Of a stretch of 64,000 nucleotides of DNA, positions 56,315 through 64,000 are shown piece by piece. The notes below the pieces were generated by a model that was given only the letters and a program-made list of their open reading frames with translations, was not told the origin of the DNA and ran no database searches. The DNA is from an uncultured Planctomycetia bacterium (GTDB lineage Bacteria > Omnitrophota > Gorgyraeia > 1-14-0-20-64-10): the NCBI GenBank assembly GCA_964373055.1, contig CAYJTM010000001.1, positions 28,688-92,687 of the forward strand, in the 5' to 3' direction. The position numbers and the translations under genes are program-made. Each line of letters opens with the position of its first letter. The first letter of the stretch is position 1.

Positions 56315-57076
56315 TCATGGCTTGCTCCTCCAGCGGGCGTACCAGGGCAATGGGAAGCGCATGTCCGGCTTGTCTTCGACGCGGACCTCGCCGGGCCGGC
56401 CGCTCTTGAGCAGCACCGCCATCGCGGTCTCGGCGGTCCCGGTCTCCAGGAGATAACACTCCTTCGGCAAATAACGGTTCTCCTTCCCGCCCAGCACCAT
56501 CCGGTGGCGCTGCACGGTCACCTCAGCTTTCGGGCGGCGGCGGCGCACGAAGTCCACTGTTTCCTGCAGGTTCAGGACCAGGTAGGGCATCCAGCCGTCG
56601 TAGTGGTATTGGCAGGAGAGCTCCGGGTCCATCACGGTTTCGCCGGAATCCCGCGTCCGCAGCCGGACCACCACCGCCTCGGTGGCCCGGTCCAGAAGCT
56701 GCCCGAGGAAACCGAATGGATCGGTCTGATGATGGACCACGTCCTTGGAGTAGACCACCTCGGCGCTCTCTGGCTGCCCGCCGGAAAGCAGCGTCTCGGC
56801 AACCGGCCTTTCCGGCGAATGAAGAAGGAAAAGACCCTTCGGGTATTTCTGGCGCGCCCTCTCCAGCGCCACGCGGGAAACGTCGATGCCGCAGTACCGC
56901 ACCGAGGGAAATTGAAGGCGCAGGTACCGATGGAATTCTCCGGTGGCGCAACCCACCTCCACCAGCGAGGCACCCGGGTTCCGGGAAAGTATCCCCCCCA
57001 GCATCCGCACGTCGTTGAATGCCCCATAGTGGCCGGCCAGCGCCCGATCGGACAAGGCGCTGCGCGCGTCGAACAC
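56315..57076 (-). CDS. Class I SAM-dependent methyltransferase
   Basis: 253 aa, GTG start; LVEVGCATGEFHRYL motif I; flanked by 57-61 nt intergenic gaps. Confidence 0.68.
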   Translation of the reverse strand: MFDARSALSDRALAGHYGAFNDVRMLGGILSRNPGASLVEVGCATGEFHRYLRLQFPSVRYCGIDVSRVALERARQKYPKGLFLLHSPERPVAETLLSGGQPESAEVVYSKDVVHHQTDPFGFLGQLLDRATEAVVVRLRTRDSGETVMDPELSCQYHYDGWMPYLVLNLQETVDFVRRRRPKAEVTVQRHRMVLGGKENRYLPKECYLLETGTAETAMAVLLKSGRPGEVRVEDKPDMRFPLPWYARWRSKP

Positions 57077-57137
57077 CCGGACGTGGCCGGTGTTCTGCCA
57101 GTCCTGATGCCACTTCGAATCCGGTTTGGTCGTGGCT

Positions 57138-58703
57138 CTAACCGACGTAGGTCAGCATCCGGTCCGCTTCGTCCACTCCGTAGACCATCTCGTAAAATTC
57201 CTTGGAGAGTTTTTCGAACAGAGCGTTCCCCTCCTCATCGAACGTTTCGGCCCTCTGGATTTCCGGGTAGCGCTCCTTCGGCAGGCGGACGTAGAGCGGG
57301 AACACGCGCTGAAGGCTGAGGATCTCCTTTCCGGAGAGATAGGGCGGCGGCATATTCAAAATGGATTCCGCGATCACCGAGGTGGTCTGCCGCTCAGGGT
57401 CCAGCCAGCCCTCCTTGAGGGCCATCTCCCTTAAGACCGTGCCGTGGTAGGGCACAAAGACGTTGACGCTCAGCGCGTCGAACGTGCCGATCTCCCGGTT
57501 GAACATCATCGACTCAAACATCAACTCCCGCGTCTCGTAGGGGAAGCCCACGATGTTGTTTAGCGTGTACGGGATGCCCACCTTGTGAACGATCTGGGAC
57601 TGCTGCAGCATCTTCTCGTTGGAGATGTTCCGCCGCAGGATCTCCTTGCGGTACTTTTCATTGCCGTGCTCGAGCCCGAAGGAGATCCGGTAGCAGCCGA
57701 CCGATTTGAGCCAGGCCAGCTTCTCCTCGTCGATGTCCTCGAACCGGGTCTGGAACCAGAAGGGGATCTTGAACTCCTTGTACATCTCGGTGAAGTCGGC
57801 GATCTCCTGCTTGGGCCTCGCCATGAAGGCGTCGTCGTTGATGTAGAAGAATTCCGGCGAGTAGCGCTTGATCAGCGACAGGATCTCCGTGCGGAGTGCC
57901 TCGATGCTCTTGCGCCGCAGGAAATAGCCCTGTCCGCTCTCCTTCGCGATGGTAACCTGGGCCGGCGAGTTGCAGAAGGTGCAGGTGTAGGGACAGCCCC
58001 GGTAGGTCTCCAGCGGGATCGTCTTCCAGATCTTGGCCCCCAGCGGGCGGTAGAAGCGCCGCTCGTCGAACAGCGAGAAGTCGGCCATCACGTCGTTGAT
58101 GTTGACCAGCGGCCGCTTGGGGTTGCGGGTCACGTTGCCTTCGGAACCCCTAGCCCACGTGCCTTGGATGTTGGCCGTGGAGGCCCCGTTCCTCACCGCC
58201 TCGCAGAAATCCACGACCGTCTCCTCTCCCTCGCCCAGGCCGATCGACTGGATGTAGGGGGATTGGATCACCATCTCGGGCGCCATCGTCGTGAAGACCC
58301 CGCCGACCAGCGTCCGAATCTCCGGGAAGCCCTCGGCCAGCACCTTCAGCATGTCCCTGGCCTGCGGCCAGGTGTCCTCCACCAGCGTCGAGAAGATCAC
58401 CGCCTGCGGCTTGAACTGCTCCACCTTTTTGACGAAATCGCCCAGCAGATCCTCGCGGGCGTCACCGAACAGGGCCTTGGCGTCGAATCTCCGGCTGTTC
58501 AGCAGGCTGTTGGCCCGTGTGACCGGCAGCGGCTCCTTCATGAACTCGTAGGAGGCCAGGTAGGGGGTGCAGTCAAAGAGGTCGATCTCGTAGCCTTGGG
58601 CTTTCAGGAGGGTCGTGAAGAGCCCCACCGCGTAGGAAGGGGTGAGCATCATGCTCAGGTTCGGGTAGGCGATCAGAACCCGAAATTTAGATTTCTCGAT
58701 CAC
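57138..58703 (-). CDS. Cobalamin-binding (class B) radical SAM methyltransferase
   Basis: 521 aa; N-terminal B12-binding domain (FRVLIAYPN...), radical SAM CPYTCTFC (CxxxCxxC); protein K/E/F/Y-richer than neighbours. Confidence 0.88.
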   Translation of the reverse strand: MIEKSKFRVLIAYPNLSMMLTPSYAVGLFTTLLKAQGYEIDLFDCTPYLASYEFMKEPLPVTRANSLLNSRRFDAKALFGDAREDLLGDFVKKVEQFKPQAVIFSTLVEDTWPQARDMLKVLAEGFPEIRTLVGGVFTTMAPEMVIQSPYIQSIGLGEGEETVVDFCEAVRNGASTANIQGTWARGSEGNVTRNPKRPLVNINDVMADFSLFDERRFYRPLGAKIWKTIPLETYRGCPYTCTFCNSPAQVTIAKESGQGYFLRRKSIEALRTEILSLIKRYSPEFFYINDDAFMARPKQEIADFTEMYKEFKIPFWFQTRFEDIDEEKLAWLKSVGCYRISFGLEHGNEKYRKEILRRNISNEKMLQQSQIVHKVGIPYTLNNIVGFPYETRELMFESMMFNREIGTFDALSVNVFVPYHGTVLREMALKEGWLDPERQTTSVIAESILNMPPPYLSGKEILSLQRVFPLYVRLPKERYPEIQRAETFDEEGNALFEKLSKEFYEMVYGVDEADRMLTYVG

Positions 58704-58775
58704 TTGGCCAGTTTAGCACGGACGATCCCTATCGTCAATCGCTGCAGCCGGTTACCTGCTCAACGAGGAGACCGG

Positions 58776-59492
58776 TTACGCCCGAGCGGGGGTCTTGGGA
58801 CCGGTGAAGCGGGCGCCGTCCTTGAGGAACATCTGCACCGTTTCCTTGCTGTAGGGGTGCACCAGCATCCCCTCGATCAGCGAAGGGGCCGCCGTGACGA
58901 TGTGGGCCCCCGCCTCAAACCACTCGATGATGTTGAGCACCTCGCGTGTCGAGCCGACGATGATCTTGGCCGGACTGCCGAAGGCGTCGAGCAGCCCGCG
59001 CAGGCGGCGGATCTCCAGCCGGGAATCGTAGCCCATGTTGTTGACGCGCCCGCCGAACAGCGAGACGTAAGTGGCCCCTGCTTGCGCCGCCAGCAGGCAC
59101 TGCTGGGCACTCATCATCGCGGTCACATTGACCCGGATGTCCAGGTCCGTTTCCAACTCATGCACCAGCTTCAGGTTCTCGGTCCCCCCTTCCGGCCCGT
59201 GGATGGGGATCTTGACGTTGATGTTCTTCGCCCAGCCAGAAAATTGCCGGGCCTGCCAGAGCATCTCCTCGGGTTCGTTGGTGGTGACCTCGACCGAAAC
59301 CGGCAGCGGGTCCACTAGACTGGAGATCTGCCGGATCTGCTTCTCGATGCCGGGCCACCCGCCGGAGACCCCCTCCTTGGCCAGGATCGTTGGGTTGGTG
59401 GTGACCCCCCGGATGATCCCCATCTCGTGCAGCTTCTGGATCTCCTCCAGCTTGGCCGTATCGAGGAAGATGCCGATCAGATCATTGCTCAT
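58776..59492 (-). CDS. Transaldolase / fructose-6-phosphate aldolase (TalC/FSA-like)
   Basis: Start MSNDLIGIFLDTA (59492, ATGA overlap); FLDTA...GVTTNP signature and Schiff-base Lys region. Confidence 0.78.
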   Translation of the reverse strand: MSNDLIGIFLDTAKLEEIQKLHEMGIIRGVTTNPTILAKEGVSGGWPGIEKQIRQISSLVDPLPVSVEVTTNEPEEMLWQARQFSGWAKNINVKIPIHGPEGGTENLKLVHELETDLDIRVNVTAMMSAQQCLLAAQAGATYVSLFGGRVNNMGYDSRLEIRRLRGLLDAFGSPAKIIVGSTREVLNIIEWFEAGAHIVTAAPSLIEGMLVHPYSKETVQMFLKDGARFTGPKTPARA

Positions 59493-60115
59493 GTCCGCTG
59501 AACCTCCTTCAAGCCCGTTGAGCCTTCCCATTTGTTTTGGCGCAGCATGAGGCGCGGGTCCGACACGATCGCGTGCCAGACCACTCCCTGAAAGGCCTCC
59601 GTATGCGGCGTCACTTGGTTTTCGTTCACCGTCGGGATCACCAACACCAGATCCCCTTTTTTCTTCGTGTAGCCGCCGTCCCGGCCGACGAGGCCCAGCA
59701 CGTCCATGCCGCGCCGCTTCGCCTCATCCACGGCGCAAACCAGATTGGGGCTGATGTTTTTCTCGCGGCTGCCGCCGCCGACAGAGAAGATCATCAGCGC
59801 GTCCTTGGAGGCCGCCTGGCTCACCTTCATCCACTCGGAGAAGACGGTCTCCCACCCCTCGTCGTTCGTGCGGGCGGTCAGCTCCGAGACATTATCCGTG
59901 GGGGCGTAGGCCTCAATGCCGGCCAGTTTCCTAAAATCGTTCACCGCGTGGCTGCAGTTGCCTGCGCTGCCTCCGACGCCGCACAAGAACAGCCGGCCCC
60001 GCTCCTCCCGAAGCCGGACCAGTCGCTGGACCATCCGGTCCAGCAGGTCGAGGTCCAACCCGGCCGCGATCTGCCGCGATTCCTCAAAAAACCCCCGCAG
60101 GAACTCCTTGCTCAT
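59489..60115 (-). CDS. gmhA: SIS-domain sugar-phosphate isomerase, GmhA (sedoheptulose-7-phosphate isomerase)-like
   Basis: 208 aa; LCGVGGSAGNCSHAVNDF matches GmhA GNGGSAxDAxH; single SIS domain, no CBS domains. Confidence 0.75.
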   Translation of the reverse strand: MSKEFLRGFFEESRQIAAGLDLDLLDRMVQRLVRLREERGRLFLCGVGGSAGNCSHAVNDFRKLAGIEAYAPTDNVSELTARTNDEGWETVFSEWMKVSQAASKDALMIFSVGGGSREKNISPNLVCAVDEAKRRGMDVLGLVGRDGGYTKKKGDLVLVIPTVNENQVTPHTEAFQGVVWHAIVSDPRLMLRQNKWEGSTGLKEVQRT

Positions 60116-61077
60116 CGCTTCTTCGCCACCACGCGCGCGAAGGAGCTCAAACCCCGGCGCTGCAGGAAACTCTGGAACTCCGCCCGCGTCTCCGCGTCCG
60201 CTTCCACGACCTGCCGCTCAAAACGGGACAAGGCGACTGACGGGTCGGCCCGCAGATGGGCCTGCACGATCTCCACGTCCAGCACGCCCGGCGTGGAAAC
60301 CTCGAGCAACTTGAAGCCCTCGTTTTCGATCAGCCGCCGGAGTCCCTTCAGGCTGAAGCAGTTGGTCCGGTCCGGCGGGTAGAGGTACCGGCTCTTGAGC
60401 CCCAGAACCTCCAGGTCGAACCCGGAAGCGACGAGGGCCGTCGCGAAGAGCAGCCCGCCGTCGGTCAGCCGGTTCGAAGCCCCTTTCAGCAGGCCGCGCG
60501 GGTCATCCACCCTGTCCAGCGACTCCAGCATCACGATCGCCTCCGCGCTGCCCTGCTCCCGCGCGGCGCCGTCGTGGGCCAGATCCATCTCGTTGACGGC
60601 GCGGATCTCGGCGAAGGAGCGGCACTCCTTGAGCAGCGCGCTCATCTCGCTCGGCGGGGTAACCGCTTCCAAGATGCGGGCCTTCCGGATCCCTTGCAGC
60701 GCCAAGGTCTCGCGGATCCAGTCCAGCTTCGGGGCATAGACGTTGTCGGTCCGCGATTGGGAAAGGTCCCCGTTCAAGCCGCCCGGCGCGTGGCGGGAGC
60801 GGCTGATTTCAGCCAGCAGGGCCTCCCATTCCTTCGGGCCGGAAAGGCGCATCAGGAAGAGGGAGCCGGTCTCGGCGCAGAGGCCGTACGGCAACCCCTC
60901 CACCTCTCCGAGCGGCTGCAGCCCTTTCCCCGTGATCGGGGAAACCGCGCGGGCACGGCCGGCCTTCTCCAGCAGCCGGCGCGTGGCCGACAGGCAGAGC
61001 TCCCTCAGCGAGGAGATCCTCTCCAGCGGCTTCACGGAAGAGAGCGGGAACGTCTGCCCTGTTTGGATGGATCTCAC
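60112..61077 (-). CDS. Hypothetical protein, divergent methyltransferase-like fold
   Basis: Likely GTG start at 61077 overlapping the upstream TGA (GTGA); IVMLESLDRVDDPRGLLKGASNRLTDGGLLFATA resembles MTase motifs II-III, but motif I is degenerate. Confidence 0.45.
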   Translation of the reverse strand: MRSIQTGQTFPLSSVKPLERISSLRELCLSATRRLLEKAGRARAVSPITGKGLQPLGEVEGLPYGLCAETGSLFLMRLSGPKEWEALLAEISRSRHAPGGLNGDLSQSRTDNVYAPKLDWIRETLALQGIRKARILEAVTPPSEMSALLKECRSFAEIRAVNEMDLAHDGAAREQGSAEAIVMLESLDRVDDPRGLLKGASNRLTDGGLLFATALVASGFDLEVLGLKSRYLYPPDRTNCFSLKGLRRLIENEGFKLLEVSTPGVLDVEIVQAHLRADPSVALSRFERQVVEADAETRAEFQSFLQRRGLSSFARVVAKKR

Positions 61078-62084
61078 CGGACCTCCTGCTTGGAAAGAGC
61101 GTAGATCTCCTGGACAAGCCGCATCACCTGCCGGGCATCCTCCAGCTGGCCGTGCGTGGCCGGTCGCTTTTGCTGGATCGCGGCGATAAATTCGTTGACC
61201 TCCCGGTCCCACGACTCGTCCCGGTCAAAATGGATGATCTCTTCCCGCGGGTTCCCCAGCGCGAGGGCTTCATCCTCGAACTGCCTTTTGCCGATCACCA
61301 GCTGCTCCCGGCCGTAGCTTCCGGTCTGGGAGAGGAAACCGCTGGCGATCAGGTAGCCGTTCTCGCAGCCGATCTCGACGCGGAAGGTGTGCTTCCAAAG
61401 GGTCGCCGAGGAATGGAGGAAGGCGGGGACCCCCCGCTCCGACTTCAGCAGCACAAACGCGTTGTCCTCGACGCCGCACTTCCAGAAGGAATCGGCCAGC
61501 ACGGCGTCCACCACCCGGAACGGACCGCCGAAGAACTGGAAAAGATCCAGCATGTGGATCCCCTGGTCGAGCAGGATCCCGCCGCCGGAGACCTCGGGGT
61601 CGTTGCGCCAGCTTTCCCGGTAGCGGGCTCCGCCGGACTTCCCGTAGGTCCCCTTGATGTAGAGGACTTCACCCAAGGTCCCTTCATCCAAGAGGGCCTT
61701 GGCCGACTGCACCGACGGGTGGAGCCGGTGGTTAAACCCGAAGACCAGCGTCTGGCCCGGCGCCTGCTCCGCGGCGGCGGCGATGCGGCTCAAATCCTCC
61801 CAGTTTCTTCCGGGCGGCTTCTCGCAGAAGACATGCCTGCACCGCTGGAGCGCCTCCACGCAGAGATCAGCCGTCACGTTGTTGGGCGTGCAGATGAAGG
61901 CGGCGTCGTGCTCCTTCCATGGCACCGGCGCTTGAGCGGGCAGCAAAGAGCCGTTCAGCTCCGAGGCCGAAGCCGGGGAGGGAGCAGGGTCCACCACGGT
62001 GATCCTCTCCACGGCGGGGTGTTTCCGCAGCGATTGATAACGGATCTTTCCCATGTAGCCGTAGCCGAAGATCAGGCAGTTCAC
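61074..62084 (-). CDS. Gfo/Idh/MocA family NAD(P)-dependent oxidoreductase
   Basis: 336 aa; N-terminal Rossmann IFGYGYMGK, EKP motif (CEKPPG), C-terminal GFNHRLHP. Confidence 0.85.
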   Translation of the reverse strand: MNCLIFGYGYMGKIRYQSLRKHPAVERITVVDPAPSPASASELNGSLLPAQAPVPWKEHDAAFICTPNNVTADLCVEALQRCRHVFCEKPPGRNWEDLSRIAAAAEQAPGQTLVFGFNHRLHPSVQSAKALLDEGTLGEVLYIKGTYGKSGGARYRESWRNDPEVSGGGILLDQGIHMLDLFQFFGGPFRVVDAVLADSFWKCGVEDNAFVLLKSERGVPAFLHSSATLWKHTFRVEIGCENGYLIASGFLSQTGSYGREQLVIGKRQFEDEALALGNPREEIIHFDRDESWDREVNEFIAAIQQKRPATHGQLEDARQVMRLVQEIYALSKQEVR

Positions 62085-63619
62085 GCGAGAACCTCCAGAA
62101 ACGCCCTGAGAGAAGTGTCGTCCACAGGAATAGCATAAGATCTCACAAACTCACTTGCAACAGTCCATTCCTTTTTGGAGGAGGCCTCCCCCGCCACTGC
62201 GTACCGGCTGAGGATCCCCTCCAGCTCTTCGAGCCCCTCCGCGGTCTCTTTCCACTGCGAAAGGGCCGAGAGGGAGTCCAAATCCGGCAGCGACCGTTCC
62301 CTCAGATAGACGGGCTTCAGGCCCGTGCGAACCGCGTACAGGACCGAAGAGGACCCCCGATAGAGCAGCACCGAGGAGCGGGCAAAATCCTCCTCCACCG
62401 CCTTGGCCGTGGAAACCTCGAGATTCGGGATCTCCGCCGGGTCGCGCCCCAAGCTGGAGCGGATCTGAGTTTTGGGGGACGGCAAGATCGGATGACACCG
62501 CAGGATGAAGTGGTGGTCCGGCAGCCGCTCGGCGATGCGCGCCGCCGTCTGGAACAGGAGCGACATCTCCTCGGCGTGGGCCTCCGGCAACACCAGCACG
62601 GTCTTGCGCCCGGGAACCGGCATGCTGCCGTTTGTCGCGGCGGTCCTCAGGCCGGCGCTAGAGGAAGCGCCGCCACGCGCCTCAGCGCAGCGAAAGGTTC
62701 CGAAGGGGATCAAGCGGGCGCCCGGATGGGCCGGCCGCAGCATTTCGGCGGAGTGGGGCCCCAGGCAAAGGACCGCGTCGGGTTTCGCGGAGAAGCGGTC
62801 CCGGCCCGGGAGACGAAGCATCGAAAGCTGGTGTGGGTGCAGGATCGTATGTTGATAACCGATGGTTTTGCAGGAGGGATGCGCCTCCTTGGCGGCGGCC
62901 CAGGCGAACTGTTCCCATGGGTGCCCCTCGTAGAGTGTGAGCATCCCTCTCGGCTTCCAGATCTCAGCGGCCCGTTTAAACATCGGATAGGTCAGCCCCT
63001 GGAGCAGGTGCCGGAAGGAAAGGCAGTCCAGCATCGCCCGCTTGGCCACTTCGGCCGTGAGCCCCGTGGTCTTGGAGCCCAAGCGGCTCAAATACCGGGA
63101 GGTGGCCCATTGAGAAAAGACCAGCCGGAGCGGAGCGGAAAGAGGCAAGAGGACCATCTCATGCAAATTCCAGGTTTCTGGGTCGGACGCAAGGCGCGGA
63201 CCTCGCCACGCGGCACCCCTCGGGTAGCTGTAGAGGGTGAGCATTCGCAGCCCCTTCTCCTGCAGCCGTCGCCGCAGATCCCCGTAGTAAAAATCCCCCT
63301 CCGCGCCCTCGCCCGTCTCAAACCGCCAGCTCTTTGCCACGAGGTCGAAGCGCTGCGAGGCGAGCGCCCGCAGCGCCGTCGAGTGCCGCGCCCGAATTTG
63401 CAAGAGCCGCGCGGTGAGAGTGAGCGCGTAAAGGAGCGAGAAGAGGGCGGAAGCCGCGCGTCGAAGATCTCCAGGCCCGCGCCGCGGCGGGCCCAGCAGC
63501 TCTCGGTGCGCCGGGTGGATGGGGTGCTTCATCTGCATCCAGGGGATGGCCAGCAATGGAACCTCCGGGCACCTTTCCCGGACGGCCTGGATCGCTTCGT
63601 GCAGGGAGTTTAGGCTCAT
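62081..63619 (-). CDS. Hypothetical protein (512 aa), possible capsule-synthesis (KpsC/KpsS-like) type transferase
   Basis: Start MSLNSLHEAIQ (63619, ATGA overlap); two HP motifs (YEGHPWEQF, ILRCHPILP). Weak family evidence. Confidence 0.5.
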   Translation of the reverse strand: MSLNSLHEAIQAVRERCPEVPLLAIPWMQMKHPIHPAHRELLGPPRRGPGDLRRAASALFSLLYALTLTARLLQIRARHSTALRALASQRFDLVAKSWRFETGEGAEGDFYYGDLRRRLQEKGLRMLTLYSYPRGAAWRGPRLASDPETWNLHEMVLLPLSAPLRLVFSQWATSRYLSRLGSKTTGLTAEVAKRAMLDCLSFRHLLQGLTYPMFKRAAEIWKPRGMLTLYEGHPWEQFAWAAAKEAHPSCKTIGYQHTILHPHQLSMLRLPGRDRFSAKPDAVLCLGPHSAEMLRPAHPGARLIPFGTFRCAEARGGASSSAGLRTAATNGSMPVPGRKTVLVLPEAHAEEMSLLFQTAARIAERLPDHHFILRCHPILPSPKTQIRSSLGRDPAEIPNLEVSTAKAVEEDFARSSVLLYRGSSSVLYAVRTGLKPVYLRERSLPDLDSLSALSQWKETAEGLEELEGILSRYAVAGEASSKKEWTVASEFVRSYAIPVDDTSLRAFLEVLA

Positions 63620-64000
63620 TTTACGAGTTTCCCCACCAAAGTGCGGACGGCCCGGACCGGGCGAGTGCGGAAAGACCGGGCGATCTCTCGGAGCCATTCC
63701 CGGTACCGGCCGTGGGCCAGGAACCAATCCGCCCGGAAGATGTACGAGTAGGAGAGACCGTCCCGGAGGATCTCCCGCTCCTCGCCAGCATAGTCGTCTC
63801 CCTCCAGCAACCGCTGGAAAACCTCGATGTACTCATCGGCGGCCTTCAGGCTGTAGGAATCTTGGGCAGGGTACCGGCGGCAACCCACCAGCGCCTCGGG
63901 CAGGTTGATCGCGCGGTACCTCCTGAGGAACCGGATGAAGAGCTCCCTGTCCGACGCGTACCGGTAGCGCTCATCGTACCCGCCGGCATCCAGCAGCGCT
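63616..64000 (-). CDS. Partial CDS (N-terminus beyond window end), hypothetical protein
   Basis: Minus-strand frame open from 64000 down to the TGA at 63616 (manual translation ...ALLDAGGYDERYRYASDRELFIRFLRRYRAINLPEAL-VGCRRYPAQ...LVGKLVK*). The ORF track shows only the 90-aa tail because of the GTG-as-M convention. Confidence 0.5.
   Translation of the reverse strand, partial: ALLDAGGYDERYRYASDRELFIRFLRRYRAINLPEALVGCRRYPAQDSYSLKAADEYIEVFQRLLEGDDYAGEEREILRDGLSYSYIFRADWFLAHGRYREWLREIARSFRTRPVRAVRTLVGKLVK

Noticed and set aside
55100-57319. 739-aa plus-strand ORF spanning two genes and two intergenic gaps
   Set aside because: It lies antisense to the GT4 and MTase genes, has extreme R/P/G/A composition and no domain signatures. 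The absence of stops across the gaps is consistent with GC-rich sequence, not with coding.
58704-58775. Possible terminator or promoter in the 72-nt gap between the transaldolase-like and radical-SAM genes
   Set aside because: Only a weak 5-bp inverted repeat (ccggt/accgg) with a long loop, and no T-tract. A regulatory role cannot be supported from sequence alone, although the gap is noted in the findings.
1-64000. CRISPR arrays, tRNA/rRNA genes, IS elements, integrases
   Set aside because: No short regularly spaced repeats, no cloverleaf-like conserved tRNA segments and no transposase or integrase motifs (DDE, tyrosine recombinase R-H-R-Y) were seen in any frame.

Overview
This high-GC (~65%) bacterial window is one co-directional gene cluster on the minus strand, about 57 genes long. 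Genes 1 and 57 run off the window edges. Most genes are joined by 1-8 nt start/stop overlaps, often ATGA or GTGA, suggesting translational coupling. I found no plus-strand gene, rRNA, tRNA, CRISPR array or transposase. The long plus-strand ORFs are antisense shadows of the real genes.

The cluster is a surface-glycan (polysaccharide and/or protein/teichoic-type glycosylation) biosynthesis locus. It combines several modules:

- Nonulosonic-acid module: two truncated NeuB-like synthases, two paralogous 254-aa cytidylyltransferases, a PseG-like GT-B protein, a GNAT, three or four DegT aminotransferases, a PseA/WbuX-like amidotransferase, deacetylases and a formyltransferase.
- Polyprenyl-phosphate/GT-C module: a GtrB/CsbB-like GT2, a possible GtrA-like small membrane protein, two tandem YfhO paralogs and four more polytopic GT-C-like membrane proteins.
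- Tailoring enzymes:
  - a CmoA ortholog next to a zinc-ribbon methyltransferase
  - a PEP-mutase-nucleotidyltransferase fusion (phosphonate decoration)
  - a B12-binding radical SAM methyltransferase
  - a TylCIII-like C-methyltransferase
  - a sulfotransferase
  - an AsnB-like amidotransferase and a GatA-like amidase
  - at least seven class I SAM methyltransferases
- Kdo/heptose-like module: a KdsB-like cytidylyltransferase, an HpcH/HpaI aldolase, a HAD phosphatase, two SDRs, a GmhA-like SIS isomerase, a transaldolase/FSA-like enzyme and a truncated pyruvate-kinase-like protein.
- Unusual fusions: Gfo/Idh/MocA oxidoreductase with DegT aminotransferase; GT2 with CMP-NeuAc-synthetase-like domain; two GT4 domains with TM and DUF218.

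A 33-bp exact direct repeat flanks a methyltransferase+deacetylase cassette. One GT-C gene (~50.4-52.0 kb) has conspicuously low GC. Start codons below were refined by eye from the ORF track. The track translates GTG starts as M, and many ORFs carry N-terminal read-through extensions.
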